Positions 50,736-62,361 of a stretch of 64,000 nt of DNA are shown here, one piece after another. Location of the stretch: the NCBI GenBank assembly GCA_043228905.1, contig JBHGNT010000016.1:2418001-2482000 (forward strand), given 5' to 3'. The position numbers were made by a program, and so were the translations under genes. Below the pieces are notes generated by a model. That model had not been told where the DNA came from, searched no databases, and saw only the letters and a program-made list of their open reading frames with translations. This stretch comes from Azolla caroliniana. Lineage: Eukaryota > Plantae > Polypodiophyta. Each line of letters begins with the position of its first letter. Positions within the stretch are counted from its first letter, which is position 1.

Positions 50736-52107
50736 GTGGTTCTCTTGCGATTTCTTCCTTCGTTGAGTGGTTTGCCTCCGAGTTTTTGACCACTCGAAAA
50801 TGGGCTTCAAGCGTCGGTCGTATCCCTGGCAGCGGCGCCAAATAGATGTTAAGGATCTATGTATCGATGGAGTAAGCTCCTCGATGTCGTGCGGGATTCG
50901 GATCGGCGTATACCCTCTTGATGGCGAATCGGGCGGAGATGGTTGTCGGATACCTCCGAGCCTCACACTCACTCAACGATTAGTAAATGATTAGCACGAT
51001 ATCTCTCTCACTCTCTCAAGCTCTCTCTCTCATAAACAATAGATCAATAGTATAGACAATAAGAAGCAAGAGTATGTCTATTATTAACCCTCTTTGCTAA
51101 GAGGTCTAGCACCAACAAGGGGAGAGATTAGTGTTCTCTAACTCAACACTTCACTAATCTCTCTTAAGCTCAAAGGTTTACAAGAAAGAGGAGAGGAAGC
51201 TCTAGCTCTAATCAATAGGAGATCTTTACCAATGGGAGAACCCCCACAAAGCCACTACTATGTGGTTTATATAGCTTTCACGTTTAGGGTATGGGCCTTT
51301 CACATTTGGCCGTCTCTTTGCTTTCCTTTCCTCTTGCCGTTTCCTCTTCGTACTACGTCCTTGTTGATGCGTTCTTATTTGTGACTGGTTGTGTTGTTAT
51401 CCCAACGCTTAACAACCACATTGGTTAAAGTAACCATAGTCACCTTAACCAAGGTTGGTAAGTTTGAGGATAGTTAGTTGGTAACCACAGTCACATTAAC
51501 TAGAGTAACTTATGATTGCATTAATGATTACAAAGTCAAACTAACATATTGATCAATCTTTTATAGTCATAACAACCTACAATGACTTCAAAGGTCATGA
51601 AGGAGACAATGATAGACGTTCATGAATGTACCAATGATTGATTACTAAAAGCAACAATTTTTATGAATCTCAAATGTTGTGTATTAAAGATGTGGGCATG
51701 AATTAACCAATGATTGATAAGTCTAATATTTAAAATGGTGAGCATTAAAGAACCAATGAGTGAGAGGTTCTATATCAAAATGGGTGCCATTAATTAGCCA
51801 ATGATTTTAACATTAATCCAACATATTCATGGCTTGTTAATGATTACATTTATATTATACTTGATTTAACTTCATATAGATGTAGTTTATATAATAATTG
51901 ATATTTTAAATACAATTACTTTATTAAAAATAAATTTTTATGTATTGTATTAATAGAATATTACATAATATAGACATTCTATTGATTTGGCTTTTGTTTA
52001 GAGAGAAGTTTATGTTTAGAGAGGAGTATATGTTTAGAGAGGAGCTTATTAGTTTTTTTCCTTACCCTAAGCACATAACTTACAGAGCCCTATCTAGACC
52101 TTAAGCC

Positions 52108-54888
52108 ATGAGTGAAGATTCACCGTTCTTGATTGAAGAATATTGTTTGTCATCAGACTTATCGTTTTCTACTGAAGAGTATTGTTTGTCGACAGAGTCA
52201 CCATATTCGATTGAAGAATATTGTCTGTCGACTGACTCACCATATTCTATCGAAGAATATTGTCTGAGCTCATCTACAAGGAATGTAAATAATGACACAT
52301 GTGAAGAGTTCTCTATTGAAGAATACGATATTAATAAAGATACGGAGAATGAAGGTAGTGCCCAGGAAACATTGAATAACATTGGCGATGGTCAGAACAG
52401 AGAATTAGATTGTAACAAGGTTACACCAACCTCTATGCAGGAAGAGAAATCTGGGAGCCCTATGCATATTAGAAGAATCCCACGAAGAATTCGTCTGGCT
52501 AGATTTAGCTTGGTGACATCAGATAAACAGATTGGATTTGATGTCAAAAAAATATGTTGTGCCCGTGGTTGTATGTCTATGATTGGAAAATCAAAGTTGC
52601 GAGAATTAAGGCGATACTATTTTTCGATGACCGGTGATGAGCAAGACACTTACCTCGGGTCACATATGCAACTAGTATCTGACAAATGTACGGGGATCAA
52701 AGTATCATTCGAATATTATATCTTCCATGCGCAACAGATATGTAGAGTTGCATTCAAAATTGCGTTATGTGTTAGTAACATGCGGCTACACAGAGTACAA
52801 CAACGTCTACTTAGCGGGGATCAGATGCTCAATTGTAAAGAGGTTCCAAGTATGAAAGGTGCAATTGGAAGACATGTTATTGGTTGGATGAAAACTTACT
52901 TTCAGTTAAATTGTGAAGTAATGCCCACTACAGGTAGGATGCACCTTTCTGATAATTATACACGTCGGGAAGTTTATGATGTCTATCGATCTGATATGCT
53001 GGGCTCACGTAATAAGTCTATCACCTATAGCCAATTCACAAGATTATGGAGAGCTCGGTTTTCAAATGTTATTATTCCTCGTAAAGTACATATGGGGTAT
53101 TGCTCCATTTGTGCAAATCTTAAAAGTTTGGCTAAAGGTGCAAAGACATCAATGGAAAAGGATACGAGTAAGAAGTTACTACAAGAGCATCGTGAGGCAC
53201 AATCCTTAGAACGAAAGAAGGCGATGCATCATAGAGAGAAGTGTTTGAAGAGGCCCGAACAATACATGTGCTTAATGATAGATGGCATGGACCAGAAGAA
53301 GACATGCTTGCCGCATATGCGGAGGCTCCCCAAAGATGTCAATGATGAGTGCCTTGTTCAAATGCACTTGGTGGGATGCTTGGCTTATAATAGGTCTGTT
53401 CGACCTCACGTCTTCATTACTTACCCCAATGTTCACAATGTCCCTAACCTAACAGTTACAGTGATTCACCGAGTTTTGATGTCTTGGGGCCAATCTTTCC
53501 CCCCTGTTCTATACATTCAATTGGACAATACTGCTAGAGAGAACAAAAATTCAACTGTATTTGGCTATCTAAGTATGTTGGTCAACCTAGAATTGTTTAG
53601 GAAAGTGAAAGTCAATTTCCTTTTGGTTGGCCACACACATGACCATATAGATCAGATGTTTAGCACATTCTCCAGACAGTTGTCTCGGCATGATGCTTTC
53701 ACTTTACCTAAACTATTTGATGTCATTTGTGATGCATATACACCACGCCCAAAAGTGTTACACTTGAAGGAGGTATATGACTTTAAGAGATATATATTAG
53801 ATGGGGGTGGTGGGAATGTTAAAGTGCTTGCTCAGTTAAACAATATAAGTTTCAATCACATTTTTATGATAAAGAAAAATGGAATAAGTGGTTCTACACT
53901 TTTGTATGCTAAACAATATTCATCTTCTACAACATGGGAACCTGAAGGTGGTTGCCAGTTATTACTTTGTATGCCGAGTACAATTGTCCATGGAGCTAAG
54001 CAAATGCCAATTGAGAAGAAAGGACAGTTGCAGAGTGACTTGGTATCAGAACAAAAACGGTTATGGCTCCAAGCCTTAGAAGAAAAAAGAAAGCATATTG
54101 AGGCCTCCAAGAAATATGCCGCACAACAAGACACGTCATAGTGGGATGTATTTTATAGTGATCAGAAAGAAATTATAGACAATTGTGTATCTGTTGATAA
54201 TTGGAATTTGGAAACGCCATTCACATGGTCGCTGCAACATGATCGCGTAAATAGAACTCCGGAGCAACTAGTAAATGTGATTAATGACAGCTTAGTCCAT
54301 CCACAACAAAGAGACATTTATGTGGGACCAAGGATGACCAAAGCAGTCGAAGCTAGATGGCAAGGCAATTTGCAAGAGCTCACCGCAGGGATGTTGATTG
54401 CAACGTCGGCTGATGAGAACTCACATGGCCACCAATTTTGGGTTGGTAAAATTCTAGAAGTGCTAATGCATGAAATAGAAAACACGATCAAGTCTATAAA
54501 TGTTCATTGGTACAACACTAGAAGTGCAAATGCTTTTACAGGTAAGTATACATTGGAGATGATTGAATGCCCAACAAGAAGGGGAGGTAGGAAGAGGAAG
54601 CGAAACATTCGTAACACCTCGACCCTTGATATCTCTGATGTGGATATCATCGTGTACGACTTCACACTTACAAAAGCCGGACGATTAAGGAAGTCAACAA
54701 TAGATATAATAAAAGAAAAATTACTAGGTCTACAAGGTGGCTCGAGTCAAAGGCAAACGAGATCTGCTACATATAATCTAGAGTCAAACCATTTGGTTTA
54801 TGACGAAGATAATGCACTGATTGGTACATCCGAGGATGATGAGGAGGAATCGTCATTGTATATTAGTTATAGTAGTGATTCTCCGTAA
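52108..54888 (+). CDS. Sola-like DDD transposase, 926 codons, with one in-frame TAG at 54139-54141
   Basis: CCxxxC and CxxC Zn-binding motifs; catalytic motifs IDGMDQ, QLDNTARENKN and FLLVGHTHDHIDQMFS. ORF 54208-54888 is in the same frame across TCA-TAG-TGG, probably TGG>TAG. The superfamily call rests on recalled motifs plus the 4-bp TSD. Confidence 0.85.
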
Positions 54889-55246
54889 AGGAGTGATCAT
54901 GAATGTATATTTGGCTATTAAGTGTAACTACATTCCGCTTGTAACAAATCGAGTAATATAAAAGCATGTGTTTTGAATTCTTATGATTTCTAAAAAATCG
55001 TTTCTTATAAAATAACATTGGTTGTAAAGTTTGTGATATAAATTGAGAATGTAACTTTTTGAAATTCGTCTTTTTTTAGTTACTTCTAAATCACGAAAAT
55101 AGTGGATTTTTAACCTTTTTCATAGTATGTTTGAACATGTATGATACTGGTATCAATGTGTTTTGTAAAATCATTGAAAAAGCCCTAAAATTTCCCTTAT
55201 CCTTCCATTTATGCGCGATCCTTCCACTTGTGAACGCGAACGTGTT

Positions 55247-55920
55247 TATCACTTTACATGCAAGTGTCCAACTTATGCCAAGATAAGGGCGAAATACCAA
55301 GACATACTAGGACCCTCTCCCACCCTCTCCAAACTATTAGATACACAGGATATAAAGAGACTAGGTAGGTATATCTTAGAGCTAAAACAAACATAGGGAG
55401 GAAAAACTACAAAATGTTAACCATAATCATTTTAATATTCACCAACATGTAACTAATACAAATTTTCAGGAACAAGGGGAGACGATGAATGTGAACACAC
55501 CTACACCATTCGGCCTCTCTCTTGAGGAAGCAGAAATGCAAAGGACAACCAAATGCCCTCGGATGTTGGGCTTCAAAGCAACTCGATGTGGAGTAGAAAC
55601 AATTAAGAAGATAAGGGAACATGAGCTACGCTGCCTAGCAACTATGGTTGTGGTATCTTTTACATTGGGACCACGAGCCACCTCCACATCGAAACCCTTT
55701 GACCTCCCGCTTCTTTTTGAGAGACTTGGATGGAAATGAAACTAGGACTAGTATAAAGTCATTTCCTTATAGAACATGTTTTTTTTTTTGCTAGAACTCT
55801 TTAGCTTACGTTCTATTTTATTTTATTTTATTTTTATTATTACTTTCGATGAATGGGTAAATACCCCATTTTTATTGTAAACCAATTGTCTCATTGGCCA
55901 ATTTTGGTCTTAGAAGACAT

Positions 55921-55924
<4 letters not shown>
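55247..55924 (+). mobile_element. 3' remainder of the same LINE
   Basis: Removing 23664-55246 and one TATC restores ...CRLCHIEIKDE-YHFTCKCPTYAKIRAKY..., the CCHC-type C-terminus. The 3' limit is approximate, at the (CT)n tract. Confidence 0.8.
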
Positions 55925-55977
<53 letters not shown>

Positions 55978-56509
55978 TGAAAACACACAATTATATTAAT
56001 AAATGTGTGTAAATAACACTACTTACAATGGGTGTGACCATGAAGTATGGTCACCCGCTAACTACACTACACTACATGGGTAATGGAACATGTTGAATTG
56101 CCAATAGGCAAGACGAACATTCCACAGAGGAAAGGATTTCCACTTGCTCCAATAAAGAAAATTTCCACATTAGTACTCCCTTCAACTTTCGTAGATATGC
56201 TTTCACTCCATGTCTACCATCGAATACAAAAGCGTTGCGCATATTCCAATTATGACGCAATCCCCAATATCTCAAAAATAGAAAAACAATCTCCATCTCT
56301 GACTTTGGGTCCACCTGTGTAAATTGTGTAAACACCCACTGTCTAGGTGTCAAATAACACCATGATAAAACTTGCCAAATTTGAGAAATGTAACTCCAAA
56401 TCTGAGAAGCAATCGGGCATTGTATAAATCAATGAGTATTATCTTCCATTTGAACAGTGCAAAAAAAGCAATTACCCGTTGCTAGTCCACGACGCTTTAG
56501 AGCTAATCC

Positions 56510-56579
<70 letters not shown>

Positions 56580-56763
56580 ATCAAATATATGTGATTGGAG
56601 AATGTGTTTCTTTTACGCGAACTTGTTACCAAGCAGAAAAAAACTTAAAAAACCATGACATGTGTACTTTTACAACATTAAAAGAATGCATTATTCTGAA
56701 CAATGCCAGTAGTTTGTATGGCATGATAGGTTACATGGGGAATGCTTAAAACCATCAACATAT

Positions 56764-57053
56764 TCATTTCTCAACCTTATCCTCTTTCTCGGCCTTGTCC
56801 TCGACCGGCCAATATGAAGTGGCTTTACCTATCTAAGAGTTATATGATAAAAATTCCTCATGAGTTAGAGTTCCTTTCACAATAACTTTTGCACAATCAA
56901 ATCGATGTCATAAGTTTCCACACCTTCCAATTTCCCTAGGACTCTCTTCATAGCTCCAACATGTTACCCGTATAAGTCCATATAGGGTTAAGATGTAATG
57001 TGTAAGGTGACACATTACACATTACATCTTATATTATAAGATGACAGTAGAAG

Positions 57054-57096
<43 letters not shown>

Positions 57097-57924
57097 ACAC
57101 TAGAAATGGAAAGAGAGTTTATATTATAAGAGAGCAAGGATTACAAAGAGTAGGCTAAGGGGCTACAAACTGGTGTTGAACTGAATGAGTTGTGATGAAT
57201 GAATAGACACCTATTTATAGGTCCTTATGGAGTATTCTAGAATGTTCTAGAATATTTTAGATATTTAATATAATCATGGAATATCCTAGAATGTTCTAGA
57301 ATACTGTAGATTGTTCTGGAATACTCTAGAATGTTCTAGAATACTCTAAATGTCTTGTAATAACTAATAATACATTTATTATAACTATATATCATATATG
57401 ATAGTATAATGGTTAAAGGTCTAACCTATAGACTAAGACATCTTGGGCTCGAATCCTTGTAAGGCCAAAATGTATGTCGTTATGACATGTAATGTGAAAA
57501 CATAACATATGTAATGTATGAGGAAAAGTGTGTACACATGAACATTTGGCTTTCTGTGTGCATGTGTACAAATGTGAGAGAGTGGGGTAAGTAGGTGTAA
57601 CTACCCCCCCTCCTCCCATTCGGCTTTTTGTACCCTAATCTTGTACTATATAAACCCCCACCCATGCGGCCTGAAAAGAAGGAACCCCCACCCATGCGGC
57701 CTGAAAAGAAGGAAGAATAGTGAAATTACCCCTCAACTTGTGTCTGTCTCGATTTTCCCTCTCATTCTCGGTGTGTCTCTTTCCCTCTCCCCCCGCACAC
57801 TCAAACCCCCTTGGGAGGGGGGTGGAGCTAGCCATTCTTGGCTCCACCCCTCACCCATCAACACAACACAACCATTGCAGCTCATGGCCACTTTCAGCTC
57901 TACAGTCTGGCTAGTGGTCGCCAT
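56764..57924 (-). pseudogene. Processed pseudogene of an ATX1/CCH-type copper chaperone (HMA domain), split by a solo LTR
   Basis: MATTSQTVELKVAMSCNGCV-[insert]-GAMKRVLGKLEGVETYDIDL..VKG..*IGKATSYWP..EK*. No introns; one frameshift and one stop. Confidence 0.85.
56962..57863. mobile_element. Solo LTR, 902 bp
   Basis: TGTT..AACA termini with 5-bp TSD CAACA at 56957-56961 and 57864-57868. Removal restores the HMA reading frame. Confidence 0.88.
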
Positions 57925-57984
57925 AGCCACACAACGCACACACAATACTTCGCAAGTCTTTGACTCTAACTAAGGGAAGGGAAG

Positions 57985-58050
<66 letters not shown>

Positions 58051-58105
58051 CTCTCAAATAACAAACAATTCACAATTTGGCGCAAACTCATGATTTTTGT
58101 GACGT

Positions 58106-59581
58106 TGTTGTGATGTGGCGTGCTCGAGAGTGGGAAAAACCGGTGAAAGGGGGGGGTAAAAAATGTGCATGTGCAATGTGTGTGCACACAAAAGCCATTA
58201 GTTGTGCATATGCAAAATAAAAGGGAAAAGAAAGGGTGGAAAGGATACATAGAAGCCCGTGCAAAAAGTAAGAGAGAAGAGAGATAAAATGTAGAGGAGA
58301 GACAGGCTAAGAATTTATAGAGATAGAATTATATATTGTAATTTGTATAAGAGGGAGTTAGTGGGCTAGTGGATAGTCATATTGACTATTGGCTAGAGGT
58401 GCATAGTTCAAATTTAGTCTTACGATGCAACGTGATTTAAGGAATTTTATTTCTTTTTCATTGAAGACAAAATTGGCGACCCCCCTTCTTTTTTTCCTAT
58501 AAAAGGAGGTCGAGGGGGGCTCATTCGGGAGGACGTTTTTGGGAGGAGGAGACTATCGCCAATTTTCCTTCGGAGCTCTTAATCTCGTTATTCACCACTT
58601 CTCTTCTTCTCATACCCCTTCATCCCCCCACCGCCACGTGCTCGTCTTCTTCGCGTCGGCACTCGAAGTGCTCGTGAGCCCAAGCTTCGTTGGTTCAACG
58701 TTGCTTCGCCCCGTTCGTCCTTGCGAGCCCGTGTGCTCGCCGTTCGGGTGGTCGTGGTTTGTTAGGATTGGCGTTTTGGTGGTGCTCGTGTGTTTGTCTT
58801 CGCCGTGTTCGGATTTGCTCTTGTCTTTAAGGGCATTTAGTATTTATGTTTTGATTGAGCTTGTGGTTAACTATAAGTTGCCATTGTAATCAAACCCTAT
58901 TTTATAAAGGGTCCTCTTGCGTTGGAATCGAACAAGTATTTATTTCTTTGGCCGATATCATTCGTGTTTCTTTCTTTCCTTCTTTCTTTGTTCGTGTCTT
59001 CCTTGTACGTTCGGCCGTCTTGTGACGAGGGAGTGTTTCGGGCTTGCCCATGCACCTCTCCTCCTCATAAAGGCATACGAGCATTTTGTGCGTGTGTTTA
59101 TGTCTTCCTTGTACGTTCGGTCGTCTCGTGACGAGGGAGCGTTTGAGCTTGCCCATGCACCTCTCCTCCTCATAGAGGCATACGAGCATTTCGTGCGTGT
59201 GTTTTGTGTCTTCCTCATACGTTCGACGTCTTGTGACGAGGGAGCGTTCTGGCGTGCCCATGCACCTCTCCTCCTCATAAAGACTTACGGGCATTCGTGT
59301 TTGTGTTATCGCCCCCTTGTGCGTTCATCTTGCGTGGTCATCTTGCTTGTACCCGTTTGATCACTTGGCTCGTGCGGTGATCTCGAAAGGTCGACGAGTC
59401 GTGATCAATGAGAGCCACCAACCTCACAAAACAAAGGGCAACAAGACCTTGGTCGGGAAGGGGTCGGGAAGTAGTATTGTCGTAAAGCAAACCTCGGTTT
59501 TTTTCTATCCCTTGAGTACTCCCTAGTCCAAGACCCCCGTGGTCCCACCCAAGTAACACACGCGCACGAAACTTCGCGACA
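58106..59581 (+). mobile_element. Probable solo LTR, about 1.48 kb, with an internal 105-bp repeat x3
   Basis: TGTTGTGA..TCGCGACA termini, ACGT on both sides, CCTATAAAAG near 58496, tandem units at about 58990-59300. Confidence 0.6.
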
Positions 59582-60669
59582 ACGTAGTGTGAGATTTGTG
59601 ATTTTAAAAAGAGATTTTGATTCATGATGGTTGTCACCAAACTACATTATTATTAGATACCATATGTACGTGTGTATAGTTACAACATGGTAGTGCTTGG
59701 TAACCTAAAGATTGTAACACATGAATATGAATATCAATCAATGGATTGGGAAAGAAACAAAAAGAAAGGAATTGTGATGTTAATGAGGCAGCAAGAAATT
59801 TGTGATTTTAAAAAGAGATTTTGATTCATGATGGTTGTCACCAAACTACTTATTCCCACGTGACTCGCAAATAATTTGTCTCTTTGTATTACTAAGTAAA
59901 GAGACTAAGAAATGTAAGTGGCCCTTTGGTCTACTACCTTAAGTTGTGTTGGCACTACGTGGTTTAATTGTAATAAGGATAGTGAAACAGGATTGATCAT
60001 ATAATGAGGTTTGAATATGGTGTCACTTGTTACCGATCCTATCTCCTCTTGTATTTGCAAGAACTAAATGTAAGCTAATGTCAAGGTATCATTGGATTAA
60101 GTCGTGAAGAGACTCAATGGTTGCATTGAGAGTCTCCACACCATTATATCCTCATGGCGGGAGAACTTGAAGATCCAAGAGCTTAGTTAGAAACCATCCA
60201 TATACACTCGAGGGCTATGAGAAAGAGACAATGCCAATGTTTGCTCACCACTTGCATTAGTAAGAGTGGGTTCACAATCTAGATCTAGCATTCTAATTTT
60301 TTTATCACCATTTGGATAATTCATGTGCTCCTCTTATCATGAACAAAGTAAGTTACACACACAAGGATCATAATTACCTTACACAATGAATATAGACTAC
60401 AAATTAAAGGACATGGATGCTTTTCCCTAATTAAAGGTAATGCCACAGAGTGAAAGATTTATGGGTAGATTTTATTATTATCCCTAGATGTTCTTGGTTC
60501 CATATGAGATCTGGGACAAGAAAGTGAAAGAAATGGTTTCACTAAGTGAGGGTAGATCAAGTGATATGTTTGACTTGATGATATATGTAAAAGAGACTCA
60601 AATGTAATAAAAGGTGGAGCATTGTCATAGAGTGGAGTATTGATGGTAATACTCACAAACTTGTTTTGC

Positions 60670-60853
60670 GTCTATATATATGTACATTGTTCATGAGTCT
60701 TGTTTTGCTTATGGTGGCTCTAACATGTTATATGGATAAGGGCACTTTAATGCTTGTCCCCGTCTATATATATGTACATTGTTCATGAGTCTTGTTTTGC
60801 TTATGGTGGCTCTAACATGTTATATGGATAAGGGCACTTTAATGCTTGTCCCC
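60670..60853. repeat. 92-bp direct tandem duplication
   Basis: gtctatatatatgtacattg...aatgcttgtcccc occurs twice. Confidence 0.85.
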
Positions 60854-61351
60854 AACAGTTTGGAGTATGGTGCACCATATGTGATTTAACGTGTTTAACA
60901 CTGTGAATCCGATGTTGAATCGACAACTACCCAAATTTATAGATATTTCAACAATTTATCATCCGGCCAAGTCTTAAAAGTGTAGCAATTATAAGTTGGA
61001 AGGAAATGAAGACAAAGGTAAGAAGGTACTTGAATGGATATTAGAACTAAAACATGAACTTGTACATGAGTCAGATGTGCTCTAGCCTTTAAAATGCATC
61101 TTGCAATGTAATTGTTACAATTGTACCAAGCCACATCTTTTTTAAGATATTAATAATACCTTTAGTTAACTAAACTGTTAGGTTTGATTAATATTCGAGT
61201 TAGTTTCAACAACTAGATCATAGAAATAACTAATAACTAATAACTATAGATTTACAGTTAATATGTCTGACCAAAATCACACTTATTTTGAGTGTCATGG
61301 GGGGGTATTATTGATGACAAATATGTCCAACAATACAAGGCGATCTCTGGT

Positions 61352-62361
61352 TCACATAATAGAGCACGAATTGATGGCAATCACGGCAGAAGCCACATTA
61401 CCCACAACAGCCAGCAAAGTTCCTGTAGTCTGTATAAAGCCGCGATTATCGGTCCGAGCATTATCCTACAATCGGAACCCAACAATAAAGAAGGGGGATT
61501 AGGGTCAATTATGTTAAATGTATATATGTCATGAGGATTACATACAAATTATAATGTTGGATCATCATCATGGCATGATAATGATGAATAAGTGGTGCTG
61601 TTTTCTCACCTGGTGGAAGCCCTGCGATGGTGGTATGACTTGATGGTCGGATGGAAGCTCCACTTGAGGATTGCTACTAACCAAGGGTGGAAGGGATTGA
61701 AAGCCATGGCTATGGTGGTAGTGCTGCTGCTGCTGAAGATCGTTAAGTGTATATACATGAGATTTACATACAAATCATAACGCTCGATAATCATGAGAAG
61801 ATATATAAGAACGAGACTGTTGGTATGTGGTGAACTTTGTTTTCTCACCTGCAGGAAAGCCGGCGGAGGCATGACGGGTGGAAGCTTCTCCTGAAGGCTG
61901 CTGCCATTAATCAATGCTGGAAGGGCTTCAAAACGGTGCTGGTAGTGCTGGTCGTGCTGCTGATGATGAACACAGTAACAGCAGAAGTCGAAATAGTGGT
62001 AGGGCAAGCAATGGAGGCAAGAGAGGCCGCCATGGATGATGAGACCCTCGCATCCATCGCAGACACGTGCTTTGTTGAACAGGAAGAAGAGCGCCTTGCA
62101 CTCATCGAAGTTAAGGAAGCCATTGCCGTCGCCGTCCACTAACTCGAAAAACCTGCAAACCCTAGCAGCCACGGATGAATCCATAATTCCACAGTTGTCT
62201 CGAAGCTCCCGGTGTGACACTTTTTGGTCCCCATTTCCATCCAGAGCCTTGAATTTAGACAAGCATGCATCTTGCTCGTCTTTGTTCAATTCGTACTGGA
62301 AGAATCTCTGGCCAGCCCTGTAGATTTCGCGACGTAAGATCGGCAAGCTGTCAAATGCCAT
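61352..62361 (-). CDS. EF-hand plus ZZ-like zinc finger protein with C-terminal CaaX box, 237 aa; exons 62361-61849, 61732-61610, 61429-61352
   Basis: EF loops DGNGDQKVSHRE and DGDGNGFLNFDE; CDGC..SCLHC..DFCCYC..H..H; phase-0 GT-AG introns; ends NSCSIM*. Confidence 0.8.

Larger units (their letters stand above)
28895..51414 (-). mobile_element. Ty3/gypsy non-chromovirus (Athila/OTA-like) LTR retrotransposon, partly decayed
   Basis: 568-bp LTRs 28895-29462 and 50847-51414 (TGTTAA..TTAACA, about 4 differences seen), TSD ACCAC, PBS TGGCGCCGCTGCCAGGGA (tRNA-Asp type) at 50823-50840, PPT at about 29463-29475. Confidence 0.95.
23664..55246. mobile_element. TIR DNA transposon, Sola-like, 9058 bp once the nested LTR elements are removed; encodes a transposase and a ParB-methyltransferase
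   Basis: 36-bp TIRs at 23664-23699 and 55211-55246 (AACACGTTCGCGTTCACAAGTGGAAGGATyGCGCAT, 1 mismatch). 4-bp TSD TATC at 23660-23663 and 55247-55250. The empty site restores the LINE frame. Confidence 0.93.

Noticed and set aside
23666-55244. CACTA-like parse with termini CACG..CGTG and a 2-3-bp TSD
   Set aside because: The flanks (AA and TT) are not direct repeats. Only the AACACG/TATC parse restores the LINE frame.
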